Both the position numbers and the translations under genes were made by a program. The notes under the pieces are model-generated. The model did not search any database, was not told where the DNA came from, and saw only the letters and a list, made by a program, of their open reading frames with translations. DNA of 64,000 bases, taken from the NCBI GenBank assembly GCA_003354135.1, contig PIVK01000016.1, positions 2,224 through 66,223 of the forward strand. The letters run 5' to 3'. Positions 8,747 through 18,345 of this stretch are shown piece after piece. The DNA comes from Rhodospirillales bacterium. GTDB lineage: Bacteria > Pseudomonadota > Alphaproteobacteria > Rhodospirillales > GLO-3. Numbering within the stretch: position 1 is the stretch's first letter; each line of letters begins with the position of its first letter.

Positions 8747-10125
8747 CGGTCCTCATCCTCGCGGTTTTGTTTGCTTGATAAAGATGGGGGTCGATCCCCA
8801 GCGACCGCGCATCCCCAATCCAATTCCGTGTCCTGTATATAGCGTTTTCCCAATTGCCAGGCAATTTGAGCGCGGGCGGACTCTACGCCGATGTAAAAGG
8901 CATGAGACGCATCGCATTCCAGGTCAAGCCGAGAAAAAAGCTCAAAGGGATCGCCGGCGACGTGGTGGCCGTCCCGGTTGTAGGCGTGAATACCGTCTTC
9001 GCTGATCTCGACGCGGATGCTGGGGTCGGAGATCATCGCCGCGGTCTCGGCAATCTCCTCCGATGAATAAGGAAAGGGTTTGCGGTCATGAAGGGACATC
9101 AAGCTGTCGTCTATGCGGTTTGGGGCGCCGCCGGATTGCCGCGCCGCGAACATCAGACGCCGGGCCTGATCGGCCTCCCTGACGGCGCGCCGGCAATGGG
9201 GGCTGACCTGAGCCACCAAAACATTTCCGATGCGCAACTCACCGGCGATACCCATAAGCATGGCGGTAACGCCGCCGCTGTCCGCGTCGGTCAACTCGGT
9301 TAGATTGCCGATACCCATGAGTATCTCTGCATCGGGAAGGCGCTTGCGCAGATCATGATAGCGTCTCAGGGAGTCGGTAAATCCGCAATTGATGGGATCG
9401 AGGATAGGGTCGGCGAGGCAGGCCTTTCCTTTTGCGCGCAGGGCCTCGACCGCCCGGCACAGGGAGTCCATATCCCCGTGACGGGCCGGTATGACAACGG
9501 GAACGGACTCGATCCGGTCGGCCACCCAAAGCGTATCCTCCGTCAGACTGAGAAGGAACGCGGCACCGGCGTTTCCTCCGCGGACCAGTTCCTCCGGGTC
9601 GGCGGAATCCACGCTCACCGTATGACCGGCGTTGATCAGCGCCGAAACTGCGTCTTCAAGATGCGGAAACGGTGTGGCGGGCAGACATCCAAGGTCGATG
9701 ACATCGGCCCCGTTGCCGCTGAGATAAGCGGCGGCGGCGATGATAGCGTCCACATCCATGTGGGGAGCATTGGTGATTTCGGCAAAAATCCGGGTTTCGT
9801 GACGATCAATACTGAGTGGAGCCGCTTCCCGGCCGAAAAATTCCGGCAGATCTCTGAGTTCATCAGGACCGCGCTCGAAAGGGACCTTGAAGGTGTAGGT
9901 GAGGGCGTCAAGGTCTCCCCGGCATCGGCCCGGCACGATGATTCGCTGCGCCTCGCCAACGCTTTTCAGCCGATGACGGATCAAATCAGAAGTCATCAGG
10001 CCGGCGACCTTAATTCCGATCTGCTGGACCGAATAGGAAAAATCAGTCGGATTCAATTCATCGAGCACTTGGTGAAGTCGGCTTTCAGCCAGCTTGCCGG
10101 TTAGGAAGAGGATGTGTTCAGGCAT
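8743..10125 (-). CDS. dihydropteroate synthase-like protein (pterin-binding, H4MPT pathway)
   Basis: 460-aa ORF. The central region VIDLGCLPATP...SVDSADPEEL resembles a DHPS pterin-binding barrel. The gene sits in a cofactor operon. Confidence 0.7.
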   Translation of the reverse strand: MPEHILFLTGKLAESRLHQVLDELNPTDFSYSVQQIGIKVAGLMTSDLIRHRLKSVGEAQRIIVPGRCRGDLDALTYTFKVPFERGPDELRDLPEFFGREAAPLSIDRHETRIFAEITNAPHMDVDAIIAAAAYLSGNGADVIDLGCLPATPFPHLEDAVSALINAGHTVSVDSADPEELVRGGNAGAAFLLSLTEDTLWVADRIESVPVVIPARHGDMDSLCRAVEALRAKGKACLADPILDPINCGFTDSLRRYHDLRKRLPDAEILMGIGNLTELTDADSGGVTAMLMGIAGELRIGNVLVAQVSPHCRRAVREADQARRLMFAARQSGGAPNRIDDSLMSLHDRKPFPYSSEEIAETAAMISDPSIRVEISEDGIHAYNRDGHHVAGDPFELFSRLDLECDASHAFYIGVESARAQIAWQLGKRYIQDTELDWGCAVAGDRPPSLSSKQNREDEDR

Positions 10126-10658
10126 GCCAGCCGCCTTCCAATTGCGGCGTCCAGTTCCTCGACGGTCTCCACGACTTCCACAAGATCGAAACTTCGCAAG
10201 CGGTCCACGTTATCGAGATCGATCTGTCGAGGATAGACCTTGACCACGCCTCCGGGCGCGAGAGTTTCCATATCGGGGGCCGTATCACAACCTAAAACAA
10301 TTGTCGGAATCCGGCACTTTCCGGCTTGGGCGAACAGATTGGTGACCAGGGTGTCGGAGATGCCGGACACGAACTTTGCAACACTGTTGGACGTGGCGGG
10401 CGCCACCACCAAAGTGTGATAGTCGCCGGAATAAAACCGCGCAACGATGGGTGAACTGGCGGCCTTGTCATGATAAATCCTGGCGCCCTCGGGAAAGTCG
10501 CCTGAACCAAGGCCATACATGGGCAGAACCTCGGCGGCGGCCTTGCTCAGGAACACGTCGCAACCGTCTAGCGGTCTCATGGCACCCAGGCATTCAGGGA
10601 CAAAGTGACCTGCCCCCGTAAGCGCCCATGCGATATGTGAAATTTTATCGTTCTTCAT
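10101..10658 (-). CDS. archaeal-flavoprotein-like (AfpA/DmrB-type) flavoprotein
   Basis: IAWALTGAGHFV...VAPATSNSVAKFVSGISDTLVTN is the HFCD/flavoprotein signature. Confidence 0.7.
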   Translation of the reverse strand: MKNDKISHIAWALTGAGHFVPECLGAMRPLDGCDVFLSKAAAEVLPMYGLGSGDFPEGARIYHDKAASSPIVARFYSGDYHTLVVAPATSNSVAKFVSGISDTLVTNLFAQAGKCRIPTIVLGCDTAPDMETLAPGGVVKVYPRQIDLDNVDRLRSFDLVEVVETVEELDAAIGRRLACLNTSSS

Positions 10659-10730
10659 GTTGGTTGGCCAAGAACGAAGCTATCACCGCACCTTGGTATA
10701 ACATATTTTAACAGCCCCAGCATTACCTTC

Positions 10731-11336
10731 TCAATCGAAAGACATGGTATCGATTCGGATACCCGGCCCTTGGAGATTGGACAACGATTCCGGGTGATCG
10801 GAATCGGCACACCAGACCGCAAGATCAGGCGGACAGAAAGAAGGAAAGGCCACATCCAGGAACCCTTGGCGGCAAAGTTCGGATACGGTGTGCGGAACCG
10901 GCGGGGGCGTCGATTTCACAAGAACCAGCGTATCCGCGCCCAGACGGACGGCCAACCATGCGGCCAGACTGTCCGAGGTTACGTCCCAATTCATTGGAAT
11001 TTCCGGTTGTCCCAGGGTCATCGTCGACGGAGACCACACCGGGACTTTTTTCATTTCCTGTCCTTTGGAGATCGACCGGAGAGTGGCGGCGATACATAAC
11101 CGTGGTTCGATAGCGGACAACATCAGTCCGTATTGTTCCATGGCCAACAGGGCCATCCGATGAGCCGTTCCGTCATCCAACCCCCAAGACCCCTGAGCCT
11201 TGCGGACAGCGTCGGCAAAAGGCCCTCCTCCGGGGACGACCACGGTGGGGATATCCACACCATCGGCAATCGCCGCCAGCCAATCCGCCAGCAGCGGTGA
11301 ATTGGCTAAGCTGCCACCGACTTTAATTATCCTCAT
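10731..11336 (-). CDS. amino-acid (Asp/Glu/uridylate) kinase family protein
   Basis: The N-terminus MRIIKVGGSL...VVVPGGGPFAD is typical of this kinase family. Confidence 0.7.
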   Translation of the reverse strand: MRIIKVGGSLANSPLLADWLAAIADGVDIPTVVVPGGGPFADAVRKAQGSWGLDDGTAHRMALLAMEQYGLMLSAIEPRLCIAATLRSISKGQEMKKVPVWSPSTMTLGQPEIPMNWDVTSDSLAAWLAVRLGADTLVLVKSTPPPVPHTVSELCRQGFLDVAFPSFCPPDLAVWCADSDHPESLSNLQGPGIRIDTMSFD

Positions 11337-11782
11337 GCGGGATCGGTTTCGGGCAGAGGTCTGTCTTCGCGGGTCCGTTCAATCTCAATGCCGACACTTT
11401 TGATATCGGGATAAATATCCATTTTTTCCACCCTAACCATCACCTTCACCACACGATTGTCACCCAACGCCAATGTGGCAATTCTGTCAGCGAAATTCTC
11501 TACAAGATTATAGTGCCTCTCGCGGATCAGTTCCTTAATGCCGTCTATAATCCCCTCGTAGGACAATACGTTGGCGATATCGTCGTTTACAGAAGTCAGA
11601 GATTCCTTGACGGCCATATCCACATTGAGAAGCACTCTTTGTGGGGCAAGGTGCTCGCGGGGATAAATGCCGATATTGCACATGACCATAAAGTCACGGA
11701 CCAGGATGCGGTACAGCTTCTCGGACGGGCCTTCATCAACAATCGGAACCAGACCCTCGGCGAGGATATTCGTTGTATTCAA
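11333..11782 (-). CDS. folB: dihydroneopterin aldolase family protein
   Basis: The pattern ILVRDFMVMCNIGIYPREHLAPQRVLLNVDMAV is FolB-like. There is a 4-nt overlap with the downstream kinase gene. Confidence 0.65.
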   Translation of the reverse strand: MNTTNILAEGLVPIVDEGPSEKLYRILVRDFMVMCNIGIYPREHLAPQRVLLNVDMAVKESLTSVNDDIANVLSYEGIIDGIKELIRERHYNLVENFADRIATLALGDNRVVKVMVRVEKMDIYPDIKSVGIEIERTREDRPLPETDPA

Positions 11783-11820
11783 GGCTGGGTTCTCCTTTTT
11801 TCATCTATAAGTTGGCTTCA

Positions 11821-12561
11821 TCAAGGATCGGCGAAAAGAAACCCGTTTTTCATTATCAGCATGGAACGAAAATCCTCGATGCGACTGTCGTCGTGGCGCT
11901 CGTCGCGCGGAATATCAACGGCAATATCGGCAATGACGGTTGCCGGCCGCGTAGAAAGAAAAACGATACGGTCCGCCAACATCACAGCCTCGCGCAGATC
12001 ATGGGTGACAAAAAGGACTGTTGTTCGGCGGCGCTTCCACACATCCAGCAAAAGCATCCGCAACCGCCGCGCCGTTGGATCGTCAAGGGATATGAAGGGC
12101 TCGTCCATGAGCAAAAGATCGGGAGCGACGATGAAGGCCCGCGCCAAGGCGACACGGCGTCTCATGCCTACCGACAACCGGTTCGGATAGCTGTTGGCGA
12201 ACTCGGCAAGCCGCATATCTTCGATCAAAGCATCGGCCATTTCCAAATCGTTCTCATCGCCATCGAGCACAAGTTGGATGTTCTCTCTGACCGTTCTCCA
12301 CGGTAATAGGCGGGGGGTTTGAAAAACGTACCCGGTAACGGGATCGACTCGGCCCTCGGCGGAGGGGAGGCGAACATCACCCTCATAAAAAGCGTCCAGC
12401 CCGGCAATGATGTTTAGCAAGGTCGTCTTGCCGCAACCCGAAGGTCCGAACAGGACAACAAACTCTCCAGGACGAAGCTGAAGGTCGATATTTTCAAGAA
12501 CCGGCTGTTCCGAAGACAAGCCGCCGGTGGAAAAGCTTTTGGCGTGGATTTTGATTTCCAT
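11821..12561 (-). CDS. ABC transporter ATP-binding protein (NitT/TauT family)
   Basis: Walker A is GPSGCGKTT, the signature is LSVGMRRRV, and Walker B is LLLMDEPF. The start at MEIKIHA (12561) lies just after the permease stop. Confidence 0.85.
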   Translation of the reverse strand: MEIKIHAKSFSTGGLSSEQPVLENIDLQLRPGEFVVLFGPSGCGKTTLLNIIAGLDAFYEGDVRLPSAEGRVDPVTGYVFQTPRLLPWRTVRENIQLVLDGDENDLEMADALIEDMRLAEFANSYPNRLSVGMRRRVALARAFIVAPDLLLMDEPFISLDDPTARRLRMLLLDVWKRRRTTVLFVTHDLREAVMLADRIVFLSTRPATVIADIAVDIPRDERHDDSRIEDFRSMLIMKNGFLFADP

Positions 12562-12565
12562 GGCC

Positions 12566-13309
12566 TTATCGACGCCACCTGCTGATGCGCCGTTCAGCCG
12601 GCTGAAACAAGACAAGCTCTATGGCCTGCATGACGATAATAAAGGAAAGTGAGTAGGCGAGGATGTTGGTGATATCGAACAACTGGAAGAAAAGGTGGAG
12701 CTGGAATCCCATACCGTTTCCACGCCCCAAAAGTTCGACGACCAGGACTATTTTCCATATCAGGGCCAAACCCGACCGGGCCGTCGCCGCCAGATAAGGA
12801 TAAAGCTGGGGCAAGATCACATGAACCATGGTCTTGGCAAATCCAAGTCGGAAGCTCCGGGCCATCTCCTGGTAATCCTTGTCAAGCGCCCGGGTTCCTT
12901 CTCGCAAGGTGACCGCCACGTTGGGGATTTTGTTGAGGGCGACCGCGGAAACCGCCGCTATTTCAATCAGACCGAACCAGACATAGATCAAAATAATCAG
13001 GACCAGAGCCGGAATGTTGAGAAAGAAAACCAGCCAGGGGTCGAACAGACGGTTGAACGACCGCGACCATCCCATGGCGATGCCGATAGCGGTACCGATC
13101 ACCATGGCCAGGATGAAGCTGGCCAAAACACGCATCAGGGTGATCGCCAGATGGTAAGGAAGTTCGCCGCTGGCGATGGCCTCTCCTATGACCTCAATGA
13201 CCATCACGGGGTTGGGGAGAAGGCTGCTTTTAGCCAACACCGCCGCCAAATGCCAAAGGGCGAGCAGAGCAAGAAACGAACCGATCTGGATTCCGAGCGA
13301 AGAGCGCAT
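12566..13309 (-). CDS. ABC transporter permease (NitT/TauT family)
   Basis: The protein is multi-TM hydrophobic and has a BPD_transp_1-like EAA region (ARSFRLGFAKTMVHVILPQLYPYL). Confidence 0.8.
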   Translation of the reverse strand: MRSSLGIQIGSFLALLALWHLAAVLAKSSLLPNPVMVIEVIGEAIASGELPYHLAITLMRVLASFILAMVIGTAIGIAMGWSRSFNRLFDPWLVFFLNIPALVLIILIYVWFGLIEIAAVSAVALNKIPNVAVTLREGTRALDKDYQEMARSFRLGFAKTMVHVILPQLYPYLAATARSGLALIWKIVLVVELLGRGNGMGFQLHLFFQLFDITNILAYSLSFIIVMQAIELVLFQPAERRISRWRR

Positions 13310-13322
13310 ACTGGATGAACTA

Positions 13323-14318
13323 TCAGTAGGAGATCATGGGCCAGAATGTACCCGGTGCCAATTGGGTTCCCTTTCCGACCAGCTTGGAGCCGCCCAGTTT
13401 GGCGAGGATATGGAATAAGCGTGATGCATCGGCCCGTTCGCCATCACCCCACTTCCGAGGAATGCCGGCGCGAAATCCGTCACGCAGGGCGACCAGGGTG
13501 GCGTCATCCTTGGCCTTGGTCAATGGACGCAGACGTTCCCACTCGTCATCTGAATCGCGCATGATTTCCTTTGCCTTGCGCGAGGCGCGGGAGAAGGCTT
13601 GGAGGGTCTTTGGATTGGACTTTGCCCAGGTGCCGCTGAACACGTAGCCGAGCATGGGCACGTTGCTGGAAACGCCAAGCTTCTCCAGGGCTTCCCCGAT
13701 GTCGATCAACCGATGCATACCCATGGCCTCAAGGCGGGCAACGTAATGCCAAAAATTGATCACCGCGTCGATCTTGCCGCCCTCGATCTGCTTGGCGAGA
13801 AGTGGTGGCGCCCCGAATACCTTTTCCACGGTCTTGTCGAGATCCAGGCCGTAATGCTTGGTGGCTACCGCACTAATGATCAGCCAGCTCTTATCGACAG
13901 GGCCTCCCGCGATACCCAAGTTTGCGCCTTTGAGGTCGGACAGGGACTTTATCCGTGAATCGGCGGGAACCACCAGGGCGCCAACTGCCCGCGAATAGGG
14001 AATGAACGTGAAGTCCCTGCCGCTGTTACGTTGCCGCGAGACCCAGATCCAGTCGGATACCATGGCGTCGGCGTTTCCCGCTTGCAGGGCCACCGCCGTC
14101 GCCTGTTTACCGGCAAACTGAAGGATGTCGAGATCGAACCCTTCGGCCTTGTCCAGGCCGTGGTGTTTGATAACGTTCAATTCCCAATTGACCGTTCCGA
14201 ACTTTAATACCGCGATGCGTATTTTTTCGGCGTTCGCTTCGGCGCCGCTGGAACCCAGAGCAATCAGCGCCAATGCCGCCACGACCTTGGCCGCTCCCGG
14301 AAACAGCTTTTTATGCAT
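13323..14318 (-). CDS. ABC transporter periplasmic substrate-binding protein (NMT1/THI5-like)
   Basis: It has a signal peptide (MHKKLFPGAAKVVAALALIALGSSGAEA). It heads a three-gene ABC operon. Confidence 0.75.
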   Translation of the reverse strand: MHKKLFPGAAKVVAALALIALGSSGAEANAEKIRIAVLKFGTVNWELNVIKHHGLDKAEGFDLDILQFAGKQATAVALQAGNADAMVSDWIWVSRQRNSGRDFTFIPYSRAVGALVVPADSRIKSLSDLKGANLGIAGGPVDKSWLIISAVATKHYGLDLDKTVEKVFGAPPLLAKQIEGGKIDAVINFWHYVARLEAMGMHRLIDIGEALEKLGVSSNVPMLGYVFSGTWAKSNPKTLQAFSRASRKAKEIMRDSDDEWERLRPLTKAKDDATLVALRDGFRAGIPRKWGDGERADASRLFHILAKLGGSKLVGKGTQLAPGTFWPMISY

Positions 14319-14612
14319 CTAAAGAGTTTCCTTCCTCATCGCCACCGTCTTACCTTACAAAACGCCAAGGAATCTAGATAGCTTGAATGCAAGATTAATG
14401 GGTCCCGCCGAAAACGACCCTTGCCATGCTTCCCGGTAAGGGGAGAACAATACCGGGTCGCGCCTGAATTCACCGCATCGCCAAAACCGACCAGACGTTC
14501 AGGGTAATTCATTTCCTCTCGTAACCATTGAGTATGTTAATGCTATGACCAACGCGACACCTTTCTTGAAAATATCAGGCGTTGCACTTGACGTGAGAAT
14601 CCCCCCAGGCCG

Positions 14613-14646
14613 CCCCCTGATCAAATCAGCCCCCCGATCAAATCAG
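14613..14646. repeat. 17-bp tandem direct repeat containing the palindrome CTGATCAAATCAG
   Basis: The two units are CCCCCTGATCAAATCAG (14613-14629) and CCCCCCGATCAAATCAG (14630-14646). They lie in a 555-bp intergenic region. Confidence 0.8.
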
Positions 14647-14874
14647 AAAGGGATTGGTGTGCGCGCGTCGATGCCGGGAACCTTTTCTCCATGGGGGGCT
14701 TCTCCGTCAGGGCCGGTGGCTGAGTATTCACATCGAAGGATGCACTCCTTTCCAAATTTTCAGAAAGTTTAGGACTTCACCCATCACGGACCTCAAGCTA
14801 ATATCTCCCCCTTACAAGGGCGGCTCCTCATCCGCACTCCCATCCAGTCAAATTCTTTTATGGAGGAATGACGA

Positions 14875-15555
14875 TTGAAACTGTCACTGCTTGTAAGTTC
14901 GCTCTTCGCTTTGCTGGTTATGCAGCTTCCTTGCGCCGCCGATACTGTTGAAATTGAACTTACCGAGGCGCAGATACGAGTTTTCGAAAGCGACCACCTA
15001 AAGGGTCTTGTCGCCGGTACGGTGCTTCATTACGATTTCTCGAAATCGGGGAGCTTGGAAAAAAGTTTAAAGGATACCGTGGACATCATCGTCCGCGAGG
15101 CCTTGCCTGATGGCGACAAGAACCTGGACATCAATTTCCTGACCGGCGACAGCAAAGAGAGTTTTGGCCAGGTGTTCGGTTTCCGTGGCAACCCCTTGAT
15201 CATGGCGTTCCTGGAACGCGATGTCCGCGAGATGAAACGGCTCACCGGCGGGGCATCGGTTTTTTTCCGCAACCGCATTCGCAACGCCTTTGCCGGTGAT
15301 TATCTGATTAAACAAATCAGCGTGGATTTCGGCGGACGGAATATCCAGGCCACCGAGATTACGCTAAGGCCCTACGCCAATACCCTGGTGGCGAACCGTT
15401 TCAAGCGGTTCGTTGAGAAAAAATACATCTTTGTTCTGTCCGATGAAATCAGCGGAGCCGTATTCCGCATAGCCGCGGTGACGCCCGGCGAATCCGCAAA
15501 TGCGCCCCTGCTCGAAGAATCGGTGACCTTCACCGGCGTCGAAACCAAACCTTGA
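14875..15555 (+). CDS. secreted hypothetical protein
   Basis: A TTG start follows GGAGGA. The signal peptide is MKLSLLVSSLFALLVMQLPCAA. I recognise no family. Confidence 0.55.
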   Translation: MKLSLLVSSLFALLVMQLPCAADTVEIELTEAQIRVFESDHLKGLVAGTVLHYDFSKSGSLEKSLKDTVDIIVREALPDGDKNLDINFLTGDSKESFGQVFGFRGNPLIMAFLERDVREMKRLTGGASVFFRNRIRNAFAGDYLIKQISVDFGGRNIQATEITLRPYANTLVANRFKRFVEKKYIFVLSDEISGAVFRIAAVTPGESANAPLLEESVTFTGVETKP

Positions 15556-15587
15556 TTGAAGCCCCGATAATAAAGGAACTTTGAACC

Positions 15588-15953
15588 ATGAAATCACCCC
15601 TGCGATTGGCATTCGCCCTGCTTCTTGTCTACGGAACCGCGGCCGCCGCGCCCGGCGACGCCATCGCCGATGATAAGGAAAACGACTTTCCGACGGAAGC
15701 GCGCGCGGAATTCGTTTATGGCTGCATGGTTGCAAATGGCCAGACACCGGAAATGCTCAGGAAATGTTCTTGCAGCATTGATTATATCGCATCCGTTATT
15801 CCCTACGAAAAATACATTCAGATGGAGACGACCATACGGTTGCAACAGATTCCTGGGGAACGTGGGGGCCTCTACCGTGGAAATTCGTGGGCTAAAAGCC
15901 TGGTCGAGGAATTGAACAATGCGCAAGCGGAATCGACCCTCAAATGTTTCTGA
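15588..15953 (+). CDS. small secreted cysteine-containing hypothetical protein
   Basis: The signal peptide is MKSPLRLAFALLLVYGTAAAAPG. The mature part has 4 Cys (YGCMV, RKCSCS, LKCF). Confidence 0.55.
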   Translation: MKSPLRLAFALLLVYGTAAAAPGDAIADDKENDFPTEARAEFVYGCMVANGQTPEMLRKCSCSIDYIASVIPYEKYIQMETTIRLQQIPGERGGLYRGNSWAKSLVEELNNAQAESTLKCF

Positions 15954-16109
15954 GGCCGAGGGGGCGCGAACGCGCGCTCATCCTTCAAAAGGCGTTCGGG
16001 TAAAAAATGGGTTGCCATGGAGATCAAATAAAATATAGTATCGAGTCCGTGTAGGGGTTCTTTAAGCAGGGAGAGAAGAGCATTAAATTTTTTAAGCCAG
16101 CACTTTCAA

Positions 16110-16135
16110 TGTACATGTGAGTTTCTGTACATGTG
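16110..16135 (+). promoter_or_regulatory. direct repeat TGTACATGTG-N6-TGTACATGTG upstream of xoxF
   Basis: Perfect 10-mers sit at 16110-16119 and 16126-16135, about 195 nt upstream of the xoxF ATG. An AT-rich tract precedes them. Confidence 0.5.
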
Positions 16136-16171
16136 GCGCCGATTAATTTAATGGTTGCCCCGTAGCTGGGA

Positions 16172-16233
16172 CTGTCCGTCAACCGGTCCAATCGGCAAAT
16201 CGTGGTTGGATGCTGAAAACGAGAAGATGGTTT
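16172..16233 (+). promoter_or_regulatory. conserved bipartite element, copy B (upstream of xoxF)
   Basis: The boxes are TCCGTCAACCGGTCCA (16175-16190) and GGATGCTGAAAACGAGAAGATGGTT (16208-16232). They match copy A upstream of fae. Confidence 0.6.
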
Positions 16234-16328
16234 CATAAAGCCATGTGCTTGTCCTTATTGAGGGGTGCTTCAATAAGAAAAAGCGTGTTTGGCTTTTCGT
16301 TTTTCACCTTAATAAGGGAGGCGAACTG

Positions 16329-18191
16329 ATGAAGCTGTTTTGGAAAACAATGTTAGCCGGCGCAATAGTGTTTACGTTGCCTGGCGTGGCTTCGGCTAAT
16401 GATGAATTGGCCGCCCGCCAAGCTAATCCTGACGAGTGGGCACAGCCCAATCTTAATTTCTCGGCAACGCGTTACAGCCCGTTGACTCAGATCAACAATA
16501 AGAATGTCAAAAAGCTGAGAGTGGCTTGGAGCTTCTCGACCGGCGTGTTACGCGGTCATGAGGGGGGGCCCCTGGTTATCGGCGATACCTTGTACATACA
16601 TACCGCATTCCCAAACAAGGTGTTCGCTCTTGACCTCAAAAACGAGGGCAGAATCTTATGGGAGTACAGGCCCAGGCAGGATCCAACGGTCCCCGGGGTT
16701 ATGTGCTGCGATACCGTCAACCGCGGTCTCGCCTATGCCGGGGGCAAGATATTCCTCTACCAGGCCGACACCACGCTGGTGGCGATTAACGCCAAGACCG
16801 GCAAGAAGGTGTGGTCGATGGTCAACGGCAATCCTAAGGCGGGTGCGACCGGTACCAACGCCCCGCACGTGTATAAGGACAAGGTGTTTGTCGGTATTTC
16901 GGGTGGCGAGTTCGGCGTCCGTGGTTACATGACTGCCTACAACATCGACACCGGCAAGCTGGTCTGGCGCGGTTATTCCATGGGACCGGACAAGGACACC
17001 CTGATGAGCGCCAAGACCACCCATATGGGCAAGTCCGTGGGTAAGAATTCCGGCATCAACACCTGGAAGGGCGATCAATGGAAGATCGGCGGCGGCACCA
17101 CTTGGGGGTGGTATGCCTATGATCCAAAAGAAAACCTGATGTACTATGGAACGGGCAACCCCAGCACCTGGAACCCGGTTCAACGCCCGGGCGACAACCG
17201 CTGGTCGATGACCATCTTTGCTCGTGATGTCGACACTGGAATGGCCAAGTGGGTCTACCAGATGACCCCCCACGACGAATGGGACTATGACGGGATCAAC
17301 GAGATGATCCTTGCCGATATCCCTGTCAAGGGTAAGACCCGCAAGGCCCTGGTTCACTTCGACCGTGGCGGCGTTGGTTACACGCTTGACCGCGTGACGG
17401 GTGAGTTGCTGGTGGCGGAAAAGTTCGACCCCGCCGTCAACTGGCTGACCCACGTAGATATGAAGACCGGCCGCCCGCAAGTGGTGTCTAAATACTCGAC
17501 CGAGCAGAATGGCGAGGACGTGAACAGCAAGAACATTTGCCCGGCTGCCCTTGGTTCCAAGAATCAGGGACCGTCGTCGTACTCTCCGCGCACCAACCTG
17601 TTCTACATCTCGGGTAACCATGTGTGCATGGACTACGAGCCGTTCAAGGTGTCCTACACCGCCGGTAGCGCTTATGTCGGCGCGACCTTGAACATGTATC
17701 CTGCCCCAGGCGGCACGGATCTCGGGCGGTTTACCGCTTGGGACGCCGGCACCGGCAAGATCGCGTGGACCAACCCCGAGCCTTTCTCGGTGTGGAGCGG
17801 CAATCTGGCGACAGCCGGTGACGTTGTCTTCTACGGAACTCTTGAAGGGTATTTGAAGGCCGTTGACGCCGCCACTGGGCGTGAACTTTATCGTTTCAAG
17901 ACTCCGTCTGGAATCATTGGCAACCCCAACACCTGGATGCACAATGGCAAGCAATACATCGGCATTCTCTCCGGTGTTGGCGGCTGGGCCGGTGTCGGCG
18001 TGGGTGTCGGCATGATGGACTCCGAAGATATGGCCGCTGGCTGGCATAAAGCCGTTCATCCCGGGCGGGAGACGCCTAAAGGCGCGGATGCGATCGATAC
18101 CGCCGCTCTCGGCGCGGTCGGAGCCTACAAGGGCCTGACAAACTTTACGCGGGCAGGTGGTGTCCTGACCGTGCTTACCCTGGACGATTAA
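16329..18191 (+). CDS. xoxF: PQQ-dependent methanol/ethanol dehydrogenase, lanthanide-type XoxF
   Basis: ATG 16329 follows AAGGGAGG. A signal peptide is present. The vicinal Cys pair appears in GVMCCDTV. The WDYDG motif carries Asp at codon 17289-17291, whereas MxaF has Ala there. Confidence 0.92.
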   Translation: MKLFWKTMLAGAIVFTLPGVASANDELAARQANPDEWAQPNLNFSATRYSPLTQINNKNVKKLRVAWSFSTGVLRGHEGGPLVIGDTLYIHTAFPNKVFALDLKNEGRILWEYRPRQDPTVPGVMCCDTVNRGLAYAGGKIFLYQADTTLVAINAKTGKKVWSMVNGNPKAGATGTNAPHVYKDKVFVGISGGEFGVRGYMTAYNIDTGKLVWRGYSMGPDKDTLMSAKTTHMGKSVGKNSGINTWKGDQWKIGGGTTWGWYAYDPKENLMYYGTGNPSTWNPVQRPGDNRWSMTIFARDVDTGMAKWVYQMTPHDEWDYDGINEMILADIPVKGKTRKALVHFDRGGVGYTLDRVTGELLVAEKFDPAVNWLTHVDMKTGRPQVVSKYSTEQNGEDVNSKNICPAALGSKNQGPSSYSPRTNLFYISGNHVCMDYEPFKVSYTAGSAYVGATLNMYPAPGGTDLGRFTAWDAGTGKIAWTNPEPFSVWSGNLATAGDVVFYGTLEGYLKAVDAATGRELYRFKTPSGIIGNPNTWMHNGKQYIGILSGVGGWAGVGVGVGMMDSEDMAAGWHKAVHPGRETPKGADAIDTAALGAVGAYKGLTNFTRAGGVLTVLTLDD

Positions 18192-18216
18192 TTCTCGCCC
18201 AGCGGTGAAATTTAGC

Positions 18217-18256
18217 CCCCGGCATTGCCTGTTTCGGTGATGCCGGGGTTCTTTTT
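18217..18256 (+). terminator. intercistronic stem-loop / terminator between xoxF and xoxG
   Basis: CCCCGGCAT (18217-18225) pairs with ATGCCGGGG (18240-18248). TTCTTTTT follows. Confidence 0.65.
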
Positions 18257-18345
18257 GCAAGAAACTGGAAACGGTGGGGCTTGACTGTTTAGAGCCCGGC
18301 ACGATTTTCGGATTATTAGCTTCAAGAAAAAAGGAGTCCGATTCA

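Noticed and set aside
14319-14520. Possible riboswitch in the 5' leader of the ABC importer operon. The minus strand reads GGTGAATTCAGGCGCGACCCGG, faintly like the cobalamin riboswitch core, and also contains GGGTCG.
   Set aside because: The B12 box (GCCACTG) and the conserved pairing partners are lacking. There is no match to the TPP, ZTP or THF cores that I could assemble. This would need a covariance-model scan (Infernal/Rfam) to revisit.
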